Below, one piece after another: positions 55,978 through 64,000 of a DNA stretch of 64,000 nucleotides (position 1 is the first letter of the stretch; each line of letters starts with the position of its first letter). Origin of the DNA: an uncultured Gammaproteobacteria bacterium (GTDB lineage: Bacteria; Patescibacteriota; Microgenomatia; Levybacterales; UBA12049); NCBI GenBank assembly GCA_964474445.1, contig CAYYSJ010000001.1:78530-142529 (forward strand), written 5' to 3'. Both the position numbers and the translations under genes were made by a program. The notes below the pieces were generated by a model, which worked only from the letters and a program-made list of their open reading frames with translations, was not told the origin of the DNA and ran no database searches.

Positions 55978-58392
55978 TTAATGAAAAAATCGTGGAGGAG
56001 TAAAATGATGGCTCTTTTGTAGTGGATGAAGCGGTAACCCCTTTTTTGTAAATAGCACAAAGTCTTGATATTCATATACGAGAAGATAATGAGGGTCTTG
56101 ACTGAGTGTTTGAACAAATTCTTTTTGTGCTTCTAGGGAAGGTTGTGCAAATTGATCATTCAATAAAAATACAATAACATCTGCTTCATCCATACCAAGT
56201 GGGATTGTATATATCCGTTGTCTATGAGAAAGATGTGATCCAACATTATTTGTTGCTGCAACACTATATCGTCGAGGAATTGTTTGTAGAAAGTCATCAA
56301 CCTCTTGTCGATATAATAATTGGCGTGTGTACATTTCATGGTCCATCGTTTTGGCTCCTGGAAGAGGGCCATACCAATATGCAGCACTAATACTTGTTAT
56401 GAGGAGGAGAAGTCCGAGGGTAAAGTGGGAAAGCTTTGGGAATTTCTTCATGAGAAAAGCAGTACCATACAGTGCTGAAAGGAAGATAAATGGAATGGTA
56501 ATTGACGCATAGTGAAAGTAAATGTTATGGAGCTGATTATTTTGTGAAAGAAGGCTGACTGCTAAGTCTGGTCCTGCAAATAGTAAAAAGAGAGGTGAAA
56601 AAAGAGATAAAAATGCAAATGGAAAAAAGAGTTCAAACAGATACCACAGTCGTCCATGCTGGAAAACAAGAGAAAGAATTTTTATTGGCGATAGGAAAAT
56701 ATTTTTAATAATTCCTCCTGGTGTTGTTCCAAAATCAGAGTAATAAGAAAGGGCAAAATGCTTGCCACCGTGAGCAAGAGGAATAGCTTTAAAAAATAAA
56801 AAGTAAAAGAGGCTAAAAGAAAAAATACTGAGCAATGCACCCCACAATTTTTGTTTTTTAACAATAAATAAAAGACCAAACATCCCACTAATAAGCCATA
56901 CTTCTTCTTTTGTGGTTCCAGCAAGTAGTAAGAGGATGATTACAACAATAAAGCGCCTTTTCATCATGAAATACCATGCGGCAAGAAACAGTGGAACAGC
57001 TAGTGTTATTGCATGAAAATCAAATAAATTAGCATGGTCAATTGCTGGATTGATAAGGTAGGCAATGGCAAAAATAAGAGAAAGGCTTTTTTGTTTTAGA
57101 AGGGATAAGGCAATTAGATATACAAAAAGTGCACCACTTGCAAGTGCAAGTGTCTGAATAAGAAGGAGCATTCGCGGATCTTGCCAAATATAATAAAGGG
57201 GTGAAAGAAAAACCAACATGAAATCTGCGTGAAATGCCAAGCGGGAGATGATATTTGTCCCATCAGGATTGGTAAGTTGAAAAATTCTTCCATGAATAGT
57301 ATTCCAAATAGTTTGATCCATGTTTCCTAAATCAAACCTCCCTGTGTAAAAGTTGACATACCGCAAGAAGCTTGTGACTGAAAAATAGAATGCGTAGATT
57401 GTTATTGAAAGGAAAAGGAAAATCTCATAAACATATGTTTTTGAGAAAATGATGATCTTCTTTATCCATGGCTTTTGTGCCAATCGTAACCATATCGATG
57501 CTATAAGAAGAAAGCACAGCTCAGAAAAAATAAGCATAATTCTTGCGATAATAGCTCCCTGTGCTGCCTGAACAAGCGGAAGATATCGTGTCAGTCCTAT
57601 TGTCATCAAGCCCTCCCTGACACCAAGTCCCATTGGGGTAATAAATGAAAGATATCCAATAATATAGGTAAATACAAAAAATGCTGAAAGGGAAAGAATA
57701 TGCGGGAAATATAAAATTGAAAATGTGCTTACCGCATAATATGTTCCTATACCAAAGAAGAGAAATGAAATAGACATTAAGATAAATAACTGAAGCATTT
57801 TTTTAAGAGAAAATTGTAGAAATAATTTCCCTAGCAAAGGAATATGCCCAAAAGTATAGGGAGACAATAAAAACGCTGCTGTAGATAATAAGATTGTAAC
57901 AACACAAAGAGAAACAACAATACGCCCAAGAGGAAACGAGAAATGCAAAAGACCATAAAAAAGAAAGTTTGTTGAAAGAAGTGAAAAGGTTATACAGCTT
58001 ACGATAAGGAAAAGTATTTCAGATACTAATAAGTGTGCCATTGTTTTGGAAGATACCTGGTGCTTTTCATAGCTTTGAACTCGTCCAACAAATGACCAAA
58101 TATTACCAGGGATATACCGTTTTACTTCAGACATGCTCCACAAATAGATTGTCTCAGCAAATGGGACATCTATCCCCTTTTCTTTAGTAAGCTCTCTCCA
58201 AAAAAGAATTCTAAAAACAAAATAAAGAAAAAAAGAGAACACTGATAAAACAATGAAAGGATAATGTAGTTGCGTTATCTGAATGAGTGTCTCATGTTTT
58301 TGCAAAAGAATTTTTCCCACAAAAAAAAGTGCAAGAAGAGAAAGCGGCCAACCGATAATAAATTTTGCTAACGATATAAGACGAGACTTCAT
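55978..58392 (-). CDS. large polytopic membrane protein: N-terminal UPF0104/lysyl-PG-synthase-TM (flippase-like) region fused to DUF2079 GT-C-like domain
   Basis: 804 aa, >20 TM; N-terminal RYIPGNIWSFVGRVQ region like MprF flippase domain; central NFYTGRFDLGNMDQTIWNTIHGRIF...SRLAFHADFMLVFLSPLYYIW like DUF2079. Confidence 0.5.
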   Translation of the reverse strand: MKSRLISLAKFIIGWPLSLLALFFVGKILLQKHETLIQITQLHYPFIVLSVFSFFLYFVFRILFWRELTKEKGIDVPFAETIYLWSMSEVKRYIPGNIWSFVGRVQSYEKHQVSSKTMAHLLVSEILFLIVSCITFSLLSTNFLFYGLLHFSFPLGRIVVSLCVVTILLSTAAFLLSPYTFGHIPLLGKLFLQFSLKKMLQLFILMSISFLFFGIGTYYAVSTFSILYFPHILSLSAFFVFTYIIGYLSFITPMGLGVREGLMTIGLTRYLPLVQAAQGAIIARIMLIFSELCFLLIASIWLRLAQKPWIKKIIIFSKTYVYEIFLFLSITIYAFYFSVTSFLRYVNFYTGRFDLGNMDQTIWNTIHGRIFQLTNPDGTNIISRLAFHADFMLVFLSPLYYIWQDPRMLLLIQTLALASGALFVYLIALSLLKQKSLSLIFAIAYLINPAIDHANLFDFHAITLAVPLFLAAWYFMMKRRFIVVIILLLLAGTTKEEVWLISGMFGLLFIVKKQKLWGALLSIFSFSLFYFLFFKAIPLAHGGKHFALSYYSDFGTTPGGIIKNIFLSPIKILSLVFQHGRLWYLFELFFPFAFLSLFSPLFLLFAGPDLAVSLLSQNNQLHNIYFHYASITIPFIFLSALYGTAFLMKKFPKLSHFTLGLLLLITSISAAYWYGPLPGAKTMDHEMYTRQLLYRQEVDDFLQTIPRRYSVAATNNVGSHLSHRQRIYTIPLGMDEADVIVFLLNDQFAQPSLEAQKEFVQTLSQDPHYLLVYEYQDFVLFTKKGLPLHPLQKSHHFTPPRFFH

Positions 58393-58491
58393 GGGCTTAC
58401 TATTGGTCTTACTGTTGCAGTGGTAGTGGAGATGGATAGATGCATACGATGAACCTATTATAACAAAAAGCGATGAAGCATCTCAAACAGA

Positions 58492-59682
58492 TTATTCATA
58501 TCGTAATGCTTCAATTGGTGACAGCTTAGATGCTTTAATAGCTGGTGCAACGCCAAAGACAACACCTACTGCGACAGAAAAAAAGAAAGCTAAAAAGACA
58601 GACCACGGAGTAACGGTTGAAACAAAAATTTGAGCAATAATCAAAGAAACACCAATCCCAAGGATAATGCCAATAATTCCTCCTGTTAGAGAAAGAATAA
58701 TAGCTTCCAAGAGGAATTGCGCAAGAATGTCCCTTCGTTTTGCTCCTAATGCTTTTCGAAGGCCTATTTCCTTTGTACGTTCAGTGACCGATACGAGCAT
58801 AATATTTGCAACACCGATCCCTCCTACAAGAAGTGAAATAGATGCAACTCCTCCAAGTGCAATGGACAGTACATTGGTAATATTGGTAATTGTTGACAAC
58901 GCACTTTCCTGAGACTGTACATTGAAGTCATCTTCAGTAAGCCTTTTCAGCAGTATTGCTTTTGTTTGTTGTTTGACAAAAGAAACTAGTTCTGGTCGTT
59001 TTGCAGATAAATAGATGACATTGACATTCGTAATGTTAAATTCTTTCTGTGCAACACTAACAGGAATCGTTACCGCATTATCTTGGTCAAGACCAAAAAC
59101 AGATCCTCTTTTTGCCAAGAGACCAATAACAAGGTATCGACTTGAGCCTATGGTAATTGTTTTACCAAGAGGATCTTCGTTGGGAAACAATTTTGAAACA
59201 ACAGTTGCTCCCAAAAGTGCAACTTTTGATCCGTTATTTTCCTGTGCTTGTGAAAAGGTAGCTCCTTTGGTGACTTTTACATTGATAATTTCATTATAGT
59301 TATAGCTTACTCCACCGACTACAACACCCTTATCTACTTTATTCTGGTATTTTACTGTCGTATTTTTTTGTACGAGCGGTGAAACGTTTGCAACATTTTT
59401 TAGTCGAAATGACAGTAGTTTTGAGTCTGAAAGCAACAACTTGTTTGCAACAATCCCTCCAGGTGTTCTTGCACCTCCTTCACGTCCAGGAATGACAAAA
59501 AGAAGATTAGAGCCAAGACTAGAGACTTGAGTTGTGATGTAGGATTGTAACCCTGAACCAAGAGAAACAAGAAGAATAATTGCAAAAACGCCAATAATAA
59601 TACCAAGTGTTGTGAGAATACTTCTTAGTTTATTAACAATAAGTGATTTCCAGGCAAGTTTTAATAATTCTTCAATATCCAT
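58492..59682 (-). CDS. ABC transporter permease, FtsX/MacB-like
   Basis: N-terminal TM, large periplasmic domain, C-terminal 3-TM FtsX domain (GIGVANIMLVSVTERTKEIGLRKALGA). Confidence 0.85.
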   Translation of the reverse strand: MDIEELLKLAWKSLIVNKLRSILTTLGIIIGVFAIILLVSLGSGLQSYITTQVSSLGSNLLFVIPGREGGARTPGGIVANKLLLSDSKLLSFRLKNVANVSPLVQKNTTVKYQNKVDKGVVVGGVSYNYNEIINVKVTKGATFSQAQENNGSKVALLGATVVSKLFPNEDPLGKTITIGSSRYLVIGLLAKRGSVFGLDQDNAVTIPVSVAQKEFNITNVNVIYLSAKRPELVSFVKQQTKAILLKRLTEDDFNVQSQESALSTITNITNVLSIALGGVASISLLVGGIGVANIMLVSVTERTKEIGLRKALGAKRRDILAQFLLEAIILSLTGGIIGIILGIGVSLIIAQIFVSTVTPWSVFLAFFFSVAVGVVFGVAPAIKASKLSPIEALRYE

Positions 59683-59688
59683 AACACA

Positions 59689-60366
59689 TTACCGTACTAT
59701 TTTCCCGTCTTTGAAGTGAATAATTCTCTTTGCTTGTCTTGCAATATCTGGTTCATGAGTAATAAGGACAACAGTTTTCCCTTCTTTATTCAGTGATTTT
59801 AAAATATTCATCACATCATTACCTGATTTTGTATCCAAATTTCCTGTTGGTTCATCTGCTAAGATGATTGCAGGATTATTCATTAGTGCACGGGCAATTG
59901 CAACACGTTGTTGTTGTCCACCAGATAATTGATTAGGATGATTGTATAGTCTTTCAGCAAGGCCCACCTGTGTTAATAACATCTTTGCTCTTTCTTCGCG
60001 GGATTTTTTATCTAGTCCTGCATAGATTGCTGGAAGGATAACATTTTCAAGGGCTGATGAGCGATTGAGTAAGTTAAAAGATTGAAAAACAAACCCAATT
60101 TCTTTGTTCCTTATATAGGCTAATGTATCTTCTGAAAGCCCGGTTGTTCTTTTGCCACTCAACACATACGTTCCTGAGGTAGGTACGTCCAACAATCCCA
60201 AAATATTCATCATTGTGGATTTTCCCGAACCCGAAGGACCTGTTATCGCAATAAAGTCACCTTCATATACGGAAAGCGAGACCCCTTGTAACACGGTTGT
60301 AACAACATCAATGGTTCGATATTCTTTGGTAATATTTTTTAATTCTATAATAGGTTGTTTGTTCAT
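59689..60366 (-). CDS. ABC transporter ATP-binding protein (MacB/LolD-type)
   Basis: Walker [10 protein letters not shown], signature [15 protein letters not shown], Walker [12 protein letters not shown]. Confidence 0.9.
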   Translation of the reverse strand: MNKQPIIELKNITKEYRTIDVVTTVLQGVSLSVYEGDFIAITGPSGSGKSTMMNILGLLDVPTSGTYVLSGKRTTGLSEDTLAYIRNKEIGFVFQSFNLLNRSSALENVILPAIYAGLDKKSREERAKMLLTQVGLAERLYNHPNQLSGGQQQRVAIARALMNNPAIILADEPTGNLDTKSGNDVMNILKSLNKEGKTVVLITHEPDIARQAKRIIHFKDGKIVR

Positions 60367-61424
60367 TTTCCAGAAGCTTGTTTTTCGGCTTGTGTTGGGT
60401 CTAGAGCAACTTCATCTCCGGCAGTAAGACCTGAGGATACCTCTGCATCTGTGTCGTTTTGTAATCCAAGTATCACTTTCTGTTTCCTAAATGTGTTCCC
60501 TACTTTTTTGTAGATATAGTCATTATTGACAACACTTGAAAGTGGTACGCTAACGACATTGGCCTTTTCGTTTAGAATAATTTCAGCGTTTGCATTCATA
60601 CCAACGCGGTATCGTTGCAGAGAATCTGTAGGTAAGGCTGTCTCAACAGTAAAAGCGGTTCCCCCATTCGTTGTTGTGTGGCTGACAAAATCGATATTCG
60701 TTACATTCTGCGTCAGTGATTGGTCTGGGTATGCATCGAAGAGTATTTTTACTTTTTGACCTTGTTGTACTTTCCCAATATCTGCTTGGTCTACATCCAT
60801 ATCAAAAACAACGGAAGCGGGGTCAACAACAGTATATGTGGTTGTCAGTGCGGCAACAACCCCTGGGGTATCGATATCAACTCTTGTCAGAATTCCATCG
60901 ATTGGAGAGATAAGAAATGCTTGTTCTTTTGCAAGATTCTGCACTTCTACAGCAATTTTTGCTTGGTCTAGCGTGTTTATTGCTGTCTGAAGCTGACGCC
61001 TTGCTGCTATACTGAGTCCTGTATCACTCAAATCTCTATTCCCGTTAAAGTCATTAACACTATCAAAGCTTATTTGCTGATTTTGCGCTGCTTTTACTGC
61101 AGTTTGTAAATTATCAACAATAGTACGTTGGTCGAGTGCCGCAATGGTTTGGTTTTTCTTTATAAAGTCTCCTTTTTTCGCACCAATATAGACAACTTTT
61201 CCTGTGACCGGAAAAGTAAGGTTTACCATGGATTTTCCCGTAACAGATCCACTCACTGAGAGAGATTGCGTAAGGTTTTGTCTGGTTATTTTTTGCGTTG
61301 CAATAGGTGGTTGAGGTTTAGGCCATACAATGTATCCAATAATAAGAAGGGCAATAACTGCTCCACTTATTCTTTTATGATTCCACGCCAATAAAAACAG
61401 TTTTTTTACTATTTTCATAACCAT
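60363..61424 (-). CDS. efflux periplasmic adaptor subunit (MacA-like membrane fusion protein)
   Basis: Signal anchor, lipoyl-like GDFIKKNQTIAALD, coiled-coil, beta-barrel; operonic with ABC ATPase/FtsX permease. Confidence 0.8.
   Translation of the reverse strand: MVMKIVKKLFLLAWNHKRISGAVIALLIIGYIVWPKPQPPIATQKITRQNLTQSLSVSGSVTGKSMVNLTFPVTGKVVYIGAKKGDFIKKNQTIAALDQRTIVDNLQTAVKAAQNQQISFDSVNDFNGNRDLSDTGLSIAARRQLQTAINTLDQAKIAVEVQNLAKEQAFLISPIDGILTRVDIDTPGVVAALTTTYTVVDPASVVFDMDVDQADIGKVQQGQKVKILFDAYPDQSLTQNVTNIDFVSHTTTNGGTAFTVETALPTDSLQRYRVGMNANAEIILNEKANVVSVPLSSVVNNDYIYKKVGNTFRKQKVILGLQNDTDAEVSSGLTAGDEVALDPTQAEKQASGK
60880..61140. repeat. ~260-bp dispersed repeat (copy B) inside MacA-like MFP gene
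   Basis: See copy A; encodes the coiled-coil hairpin segment of both adaptors. Confidence 0.6.
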
Positions 61425-61525
61425 GATTTAGTATAAGCAATTTACTAAGTACTGTATAGTAGTTTTCTTTTCAAAAAGAAAAATTGATTGCTAAAGATGA
61501 ACTAGTTTGATACAATTTACCCGTT

Positions 61526-61599
61526 GCACCTGTAGCTCAGTGGATTAGAGCATTTCGCTTCGGACGAAAGGGTCGGGGGTTCGAGTCCCTCCAGGTGCG
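61526..61599 (+). tRNA. tRNA-Arg (anticodon TCG), no encoded CCA
   Basis: Acceptor GCACCTG/CAGGTGC, D-arm GCTCAGTGGATTAGAGC, anticodon stem TTTCG/CGAAA loop CTTCGGA, T-arm GGGGGTTCGAGTCCCTC. Confidence 0.85.
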
Positions 61600-61733
61600 C
61601 ATTTACAATTACTCTAGCCACACATTCTCATCCTCTTCCTTTTTCGCTTGACACATGTTTCATAAAGTGTTAGCATAGTTTTACTCCGAGTGCTAATATC
61701 TCAACGGCAGTCTTGGTGTTAGGATAACAAGTA

Positions 61734-62696
61734 ATGGTTCAGTTTCAATCGCAGTCTCACAATGATAATCAGCTTCTTGATGCATATTCTCGAGCAGTAG
61801 TTAGTGTTATTCAAAAAGTTGGTCCTTCTGTTGTTCAAATTAAACATGTGCGTAAGGATAACCCTTTAGAACCCCAAGGACTGGGATCTGGAGTTATCAT
61901 TACTCCTGACGGATTTGTCCTCACAAACAATCATGTGGTTGAAGGAGCAACGGAATTTGAAATAACACTCACAACAGGGAAAACATATAAAGCAAATTTA
62001 GTTGGAAAAGATCCATCAACGGATCTTGCTGTTGTAAGACTTCCAGATAATGGACTTCCCTTTGCAGAGCTTGGGAATTCAGAGGATGTACAAGTTGGGC
62101 AACTCGTCATTGCAATAGGTAATCCTTTCGGCTTCCAAAGTACGGTTTCAACTGGTGTTGTTTCCGCTCTTGGACGAAGTATGAGAAGTACTGATGGAAG
62201 GATCATGGATAATATTATTCAGACTGACGTTTCTCTTAATCCAGGAAATTCTGGCGGTCCATTGGTCGATAGCCAAGGAAAAGTTATTGGCATTAATACT
62301 GCCATGGTTGCAATGGCACAGGGCATTGGTCTTGCAGTTCCAAGCAGTACTGCATCATGGGTTGTGAGTGAACTTATTTTAGTGGGTAAAGTCAGAAGAA
62401 CAATCCTTGGAATAACAGCAAAACCCGCATCGATTCCAGTACAAATCCAAAAAATTTTAAAACTTCCTCTCCCAACAGCAGTTGAAATTATGACTGTAAA
62501 AAAAGGTTCACTTGCTGATAAAGCAAAGCTTGAAATTGGTGATTTAATTATTACGATTAATGATAAACCTGTTTCAGATGTTGATGGGGTTAATAGAGAG
62601 ATAGGTCAAAAGATACAGACAACTCTTTCGCTAACAATTCTTCGTAACTATCATTTGAAAGATATATTCATAAAGACAAATAACTCAACTCGTTAA
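61734..62696 (+). CDS. HtrA/DegP-family trypsin-like serine protease with C-terminal PDZ domain
   Basis: Catalytic triad context TNNHVV (His), D, GNSGGPLV (Ser); PDZ-like C-terminus. Confidence 0.85.
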   Translation: MVQFQSQSHNDNQLLDAYSRAVVSVIQKVGPSVVQIKHVRKDNPLEPQGLGSGVIITPDGFVLTNNHVVEGATEFEITLTTGKTYKANLVGKDPSTDLAVVRLPDNGLPFAELGNSEDVQVGQLVIAIGNPFGFQSTVSTGVVSALGRSMRSTDGRIMDNIIQTDVSLNPGNSGGPLVDSQGKVIGINTAMVAMAQGIGLAVPSSTASWVVSELILVGKVRRTILGITAKPASIPVQIQKILKLPLPTAVEIMTVKKGSLADKAKLEIGDLIITINDKPVSDVDGVNREIGQKIQTTLSLTILRNYHLKDIFIKTNNSTR

Positions 62697-62703
62697 TATC
62701 ACC

Positions 62704-62958
62704 TCATTTTTTCTTTGATTTCCTTTTTTGAGTAGATTTCACATGTTCTTTTTTCTCTAGGAGTGCTTGCCACTCTGCCTTCGTAACATCAGGCCTTAGG
62801 GTTAAGTCGGGATTTAATCCACCAGGAATATCATCAGGATCGGGAATAATTTCATCCATCCCTACTGCGAGATTTTGTTCAATATCATCAGTAGCTTTCG
62901 GATCTATACTCATAATTTCTTTTTTGTTAATATGAGCAATTCCTTTTCGTTTTACCAT
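62704..62958 (-). CDS. small basic hypothetical protein
   Basis: 84 aa, acidic middle and Lys-rich C-terminus; coding uncertain. Confidence 0.3.
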   Translation of the reverse strand: MVKRKGIAHINKKEIMSIDPKATDDIEQNLAVGMDEIIPDPDDIPGGLNPDLTLRPDVTKAEWQALLEKKEHVKSTQKRKSKKK

Positions 62959-63002
62959 AGGTAACGATTGTTATACTTACCGTTCTTTTTTTGTTTCTAT
63001 TT

Positions 63003-63563
63003 TTATTTTGTAGCTTTCCCGCCTTTCATACCGGCTGCAGCATAATTTGGAGTGTACACACTTTTCTTAGTATTTGCTGTTGTGGGCATATAGGGTAGGA
63101 GTACAAATTCGTCTGCATGATGCTTTTCCATAATATCTCGAGCTTTTTTTCCCGTTTGTCCATCCACTTGCACACCGAGTAATACTCCGCCTTCTTCGAC
63201 TTGTCTTGAATAACTTCGTGCTTGATTCTTAGAGAGCCCAGAATCAACAAGCGCTCCAAGCAATCCTCCTGCAACTGCTCCAAGAGTGAGCCCACTAAGG
63301 ATTGTTAACGGGCCGATGATTAAGATGCCAGTTCCTGGCAAAACAATTGGTGTAACTACAAGAAGAAGGCCGGCAAGCCCACCAAGCAAGCCACCTGTAA
63401 TAATCGTTTCTCTTTCCATTTCTTTTTGCCGGTATCTTTTCAGATTGTCTTCTCGTGCTGCGACAGAAATCTCATCGCTCACAAATCTAGCATTGCCCAA
63501 CTGAAACAGTGCAGCATCTGCATCTTCTTGTTTCTGGAAAATCCCAAGTAATACGTATTTCAT
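63003..63563 (-). CDS. general-stress-protein-like membrane protein (YflT/DUF1269-like)
   Basis: N-terminal MKYVLLGIFQKQEDADAALFQL (YflT-like), central Gly-rich TM hairpin, C-terminal charged region. Confidence 0.5.
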   Translation of the reverse strand: MKYVLLGIFQKQEDADAALFQLGNARFVSDEISVAAREDNLKRYRQKEMERETIITGGLLGGLAGLLLVVTPIVLPGTGILIIGPLTILSGLTLGAVAGGLLGALVDSGLSKNQARSYSRQVEEGGVLLGVQVDGQTGKKARDIMEKHHADEFVLLPYMPTTANTKKSVYTPNYAAAGMKGGKATK

Positions 63564-63684
63564 CTCTTTCGCCTTCCTTGTGATAATTGTATCCTCGTTC
63601 CTAAAATCCTCTTTACAAGTATGACAGGTGTAAGGGATACGTAAATATTAAAAAGGAATTTGAGGAGCATGATATACTTTTTAT

Positions 63685-64000
63685 ATGCAGGTTATAAAAC
63701 AAATCAAGAAGAGATATATTGGTCTATTTCTTTTTCTTTGTGTAATGTTACTCGTTGGTGTTTTTTATCACCACCAAATAGACTATGAATTCTCACAAGC
63801 CCTCCTTACCCAACAACATACCGTGGAATCAGCAGCAGCCTTTTCTCCTTTGCCTCAAATCCATCATGTATTTATTATTCTTGAAGAGAATAAAGATTGG
63901 CAAAGTATTTACCATAATCCCCAGGCACCATTTATCAATTCCTTTCTTTTAACACAAGGAGCATATGCTCAAAATTATCATAATGTCCCTCCGACACTTG
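63685..64000 (+). CDS. 5' part of a membrane-anchored/secreted protein (possible phosphoesterase-family), continues past window end
   Basis: MQVIKQIKKRYIGLFLFLCVMLLVGVFYHH signal anchor, then VFIILEENKDW...PFINSFLLTQGAYAQNYHNV; truncated by window. Confidence 0.35.
   Translation, partial: MQVIKQIKKRYIGLFLFLCVMLLVGVFYHHQIDYEFSQALLTQQHTVESAAAFSPLPQIHHVFIILEENKDWQSIYHNPQAPFINSFLLTQGAYAQNYHNVPPTL

Noticed and set aside
63250-63330. LPGTG sequence (IVLPGTGIL) followed by a hydrophobic stretch in the 63003..63563 protein
   Set aside because: The protein has no signal peptide and continues ~80 aa beyond the hydrophobic segment. It looks like an internal TM hairpin of a stress-protein family member and not a C-terminal sortase signal, so the match is likely coincidental.

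Overview
This 64 kb window is a densely coded, low-GC bacterial chromosomal segment with genes on both strands. The phylum cannot be determined from sequence alone. Sortase, coproporphyrin-type heme genes (HemQ/ChdC), a DipZ-like protein and a GerW/YtfJ homolog suggest a monoderm-like, possibly uncultivated lineage. Coordinates I derived by hand (tRNAs, small ORFs, motifs, refined starts) may be off by 1-2 nt; ORF-track coordinates were used where possible.

I found no rRNA, CRISPR array, transposase or integrase. There are six tRNAs: Leu-TAA, Pro-TGG, Gly-TCC, Arg-TCT, His-GTG (with encoded G-1) and Arg-TCG.

Main recognizable modules:
- A CsoR-controlled 5-gene putative copper operon with no CopA P-type ATPase (3.6-6.9 kb).
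- A cluster of paralogous secreted/anchored proteins carrying a ~50-aa Asn/Thr/Gly-rich repeat (NTG-N ... TGNA ... N-x-x-NTT), next to a rhomboid protease (17.4-22.3 kb).
- A heme cluster (hemH, hemC, hemD, hemQ/chdC, hemE) followed by an FTR1-type iron permease (26.1-31.3 kb).
- A Kup K+ transporter, two DHA2 MFS pumps, and two tripartite efflux modules (MarR-MFP-HlyD-MFS, and MacA-like MFP with an ABC ATPase and FtsX permease). The two MFPs share a ~260-bp near-identical segment.
- DinB preceded by a LexA-like palindrome, TypA/BipA, RNase HII, Obg, an HtrA-like protease and an orphan PAS histidine kinase next to a sortase-like gene.

Things worth a second look:
- The CopA-less copper operon, which includes a membrane DsbD_2-like/cupredoxin fusion and a Met-rich anchored protein.
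- The repeat-protein surface cluster, including a possible shared TTGTCAATA operator motif.
- A GC-elevated block of orphan genes with an HxlR regulator (43.5-46.7 kb).
- A membrane protein with a C-terminal OmpR-like winged helix.
- A degenerate nucleoside-deoxyribosyltransferase-like domain fused to a ribbon-helix-helix.
- An ATP-cone/Mrr-like nuclease.
- Split MprF-like domains.
- Two unannotated small ORFs: a YezD-like 58-aa ORF, and a GC-rich 57-aa ORF with a strong SD upstream of dinB.
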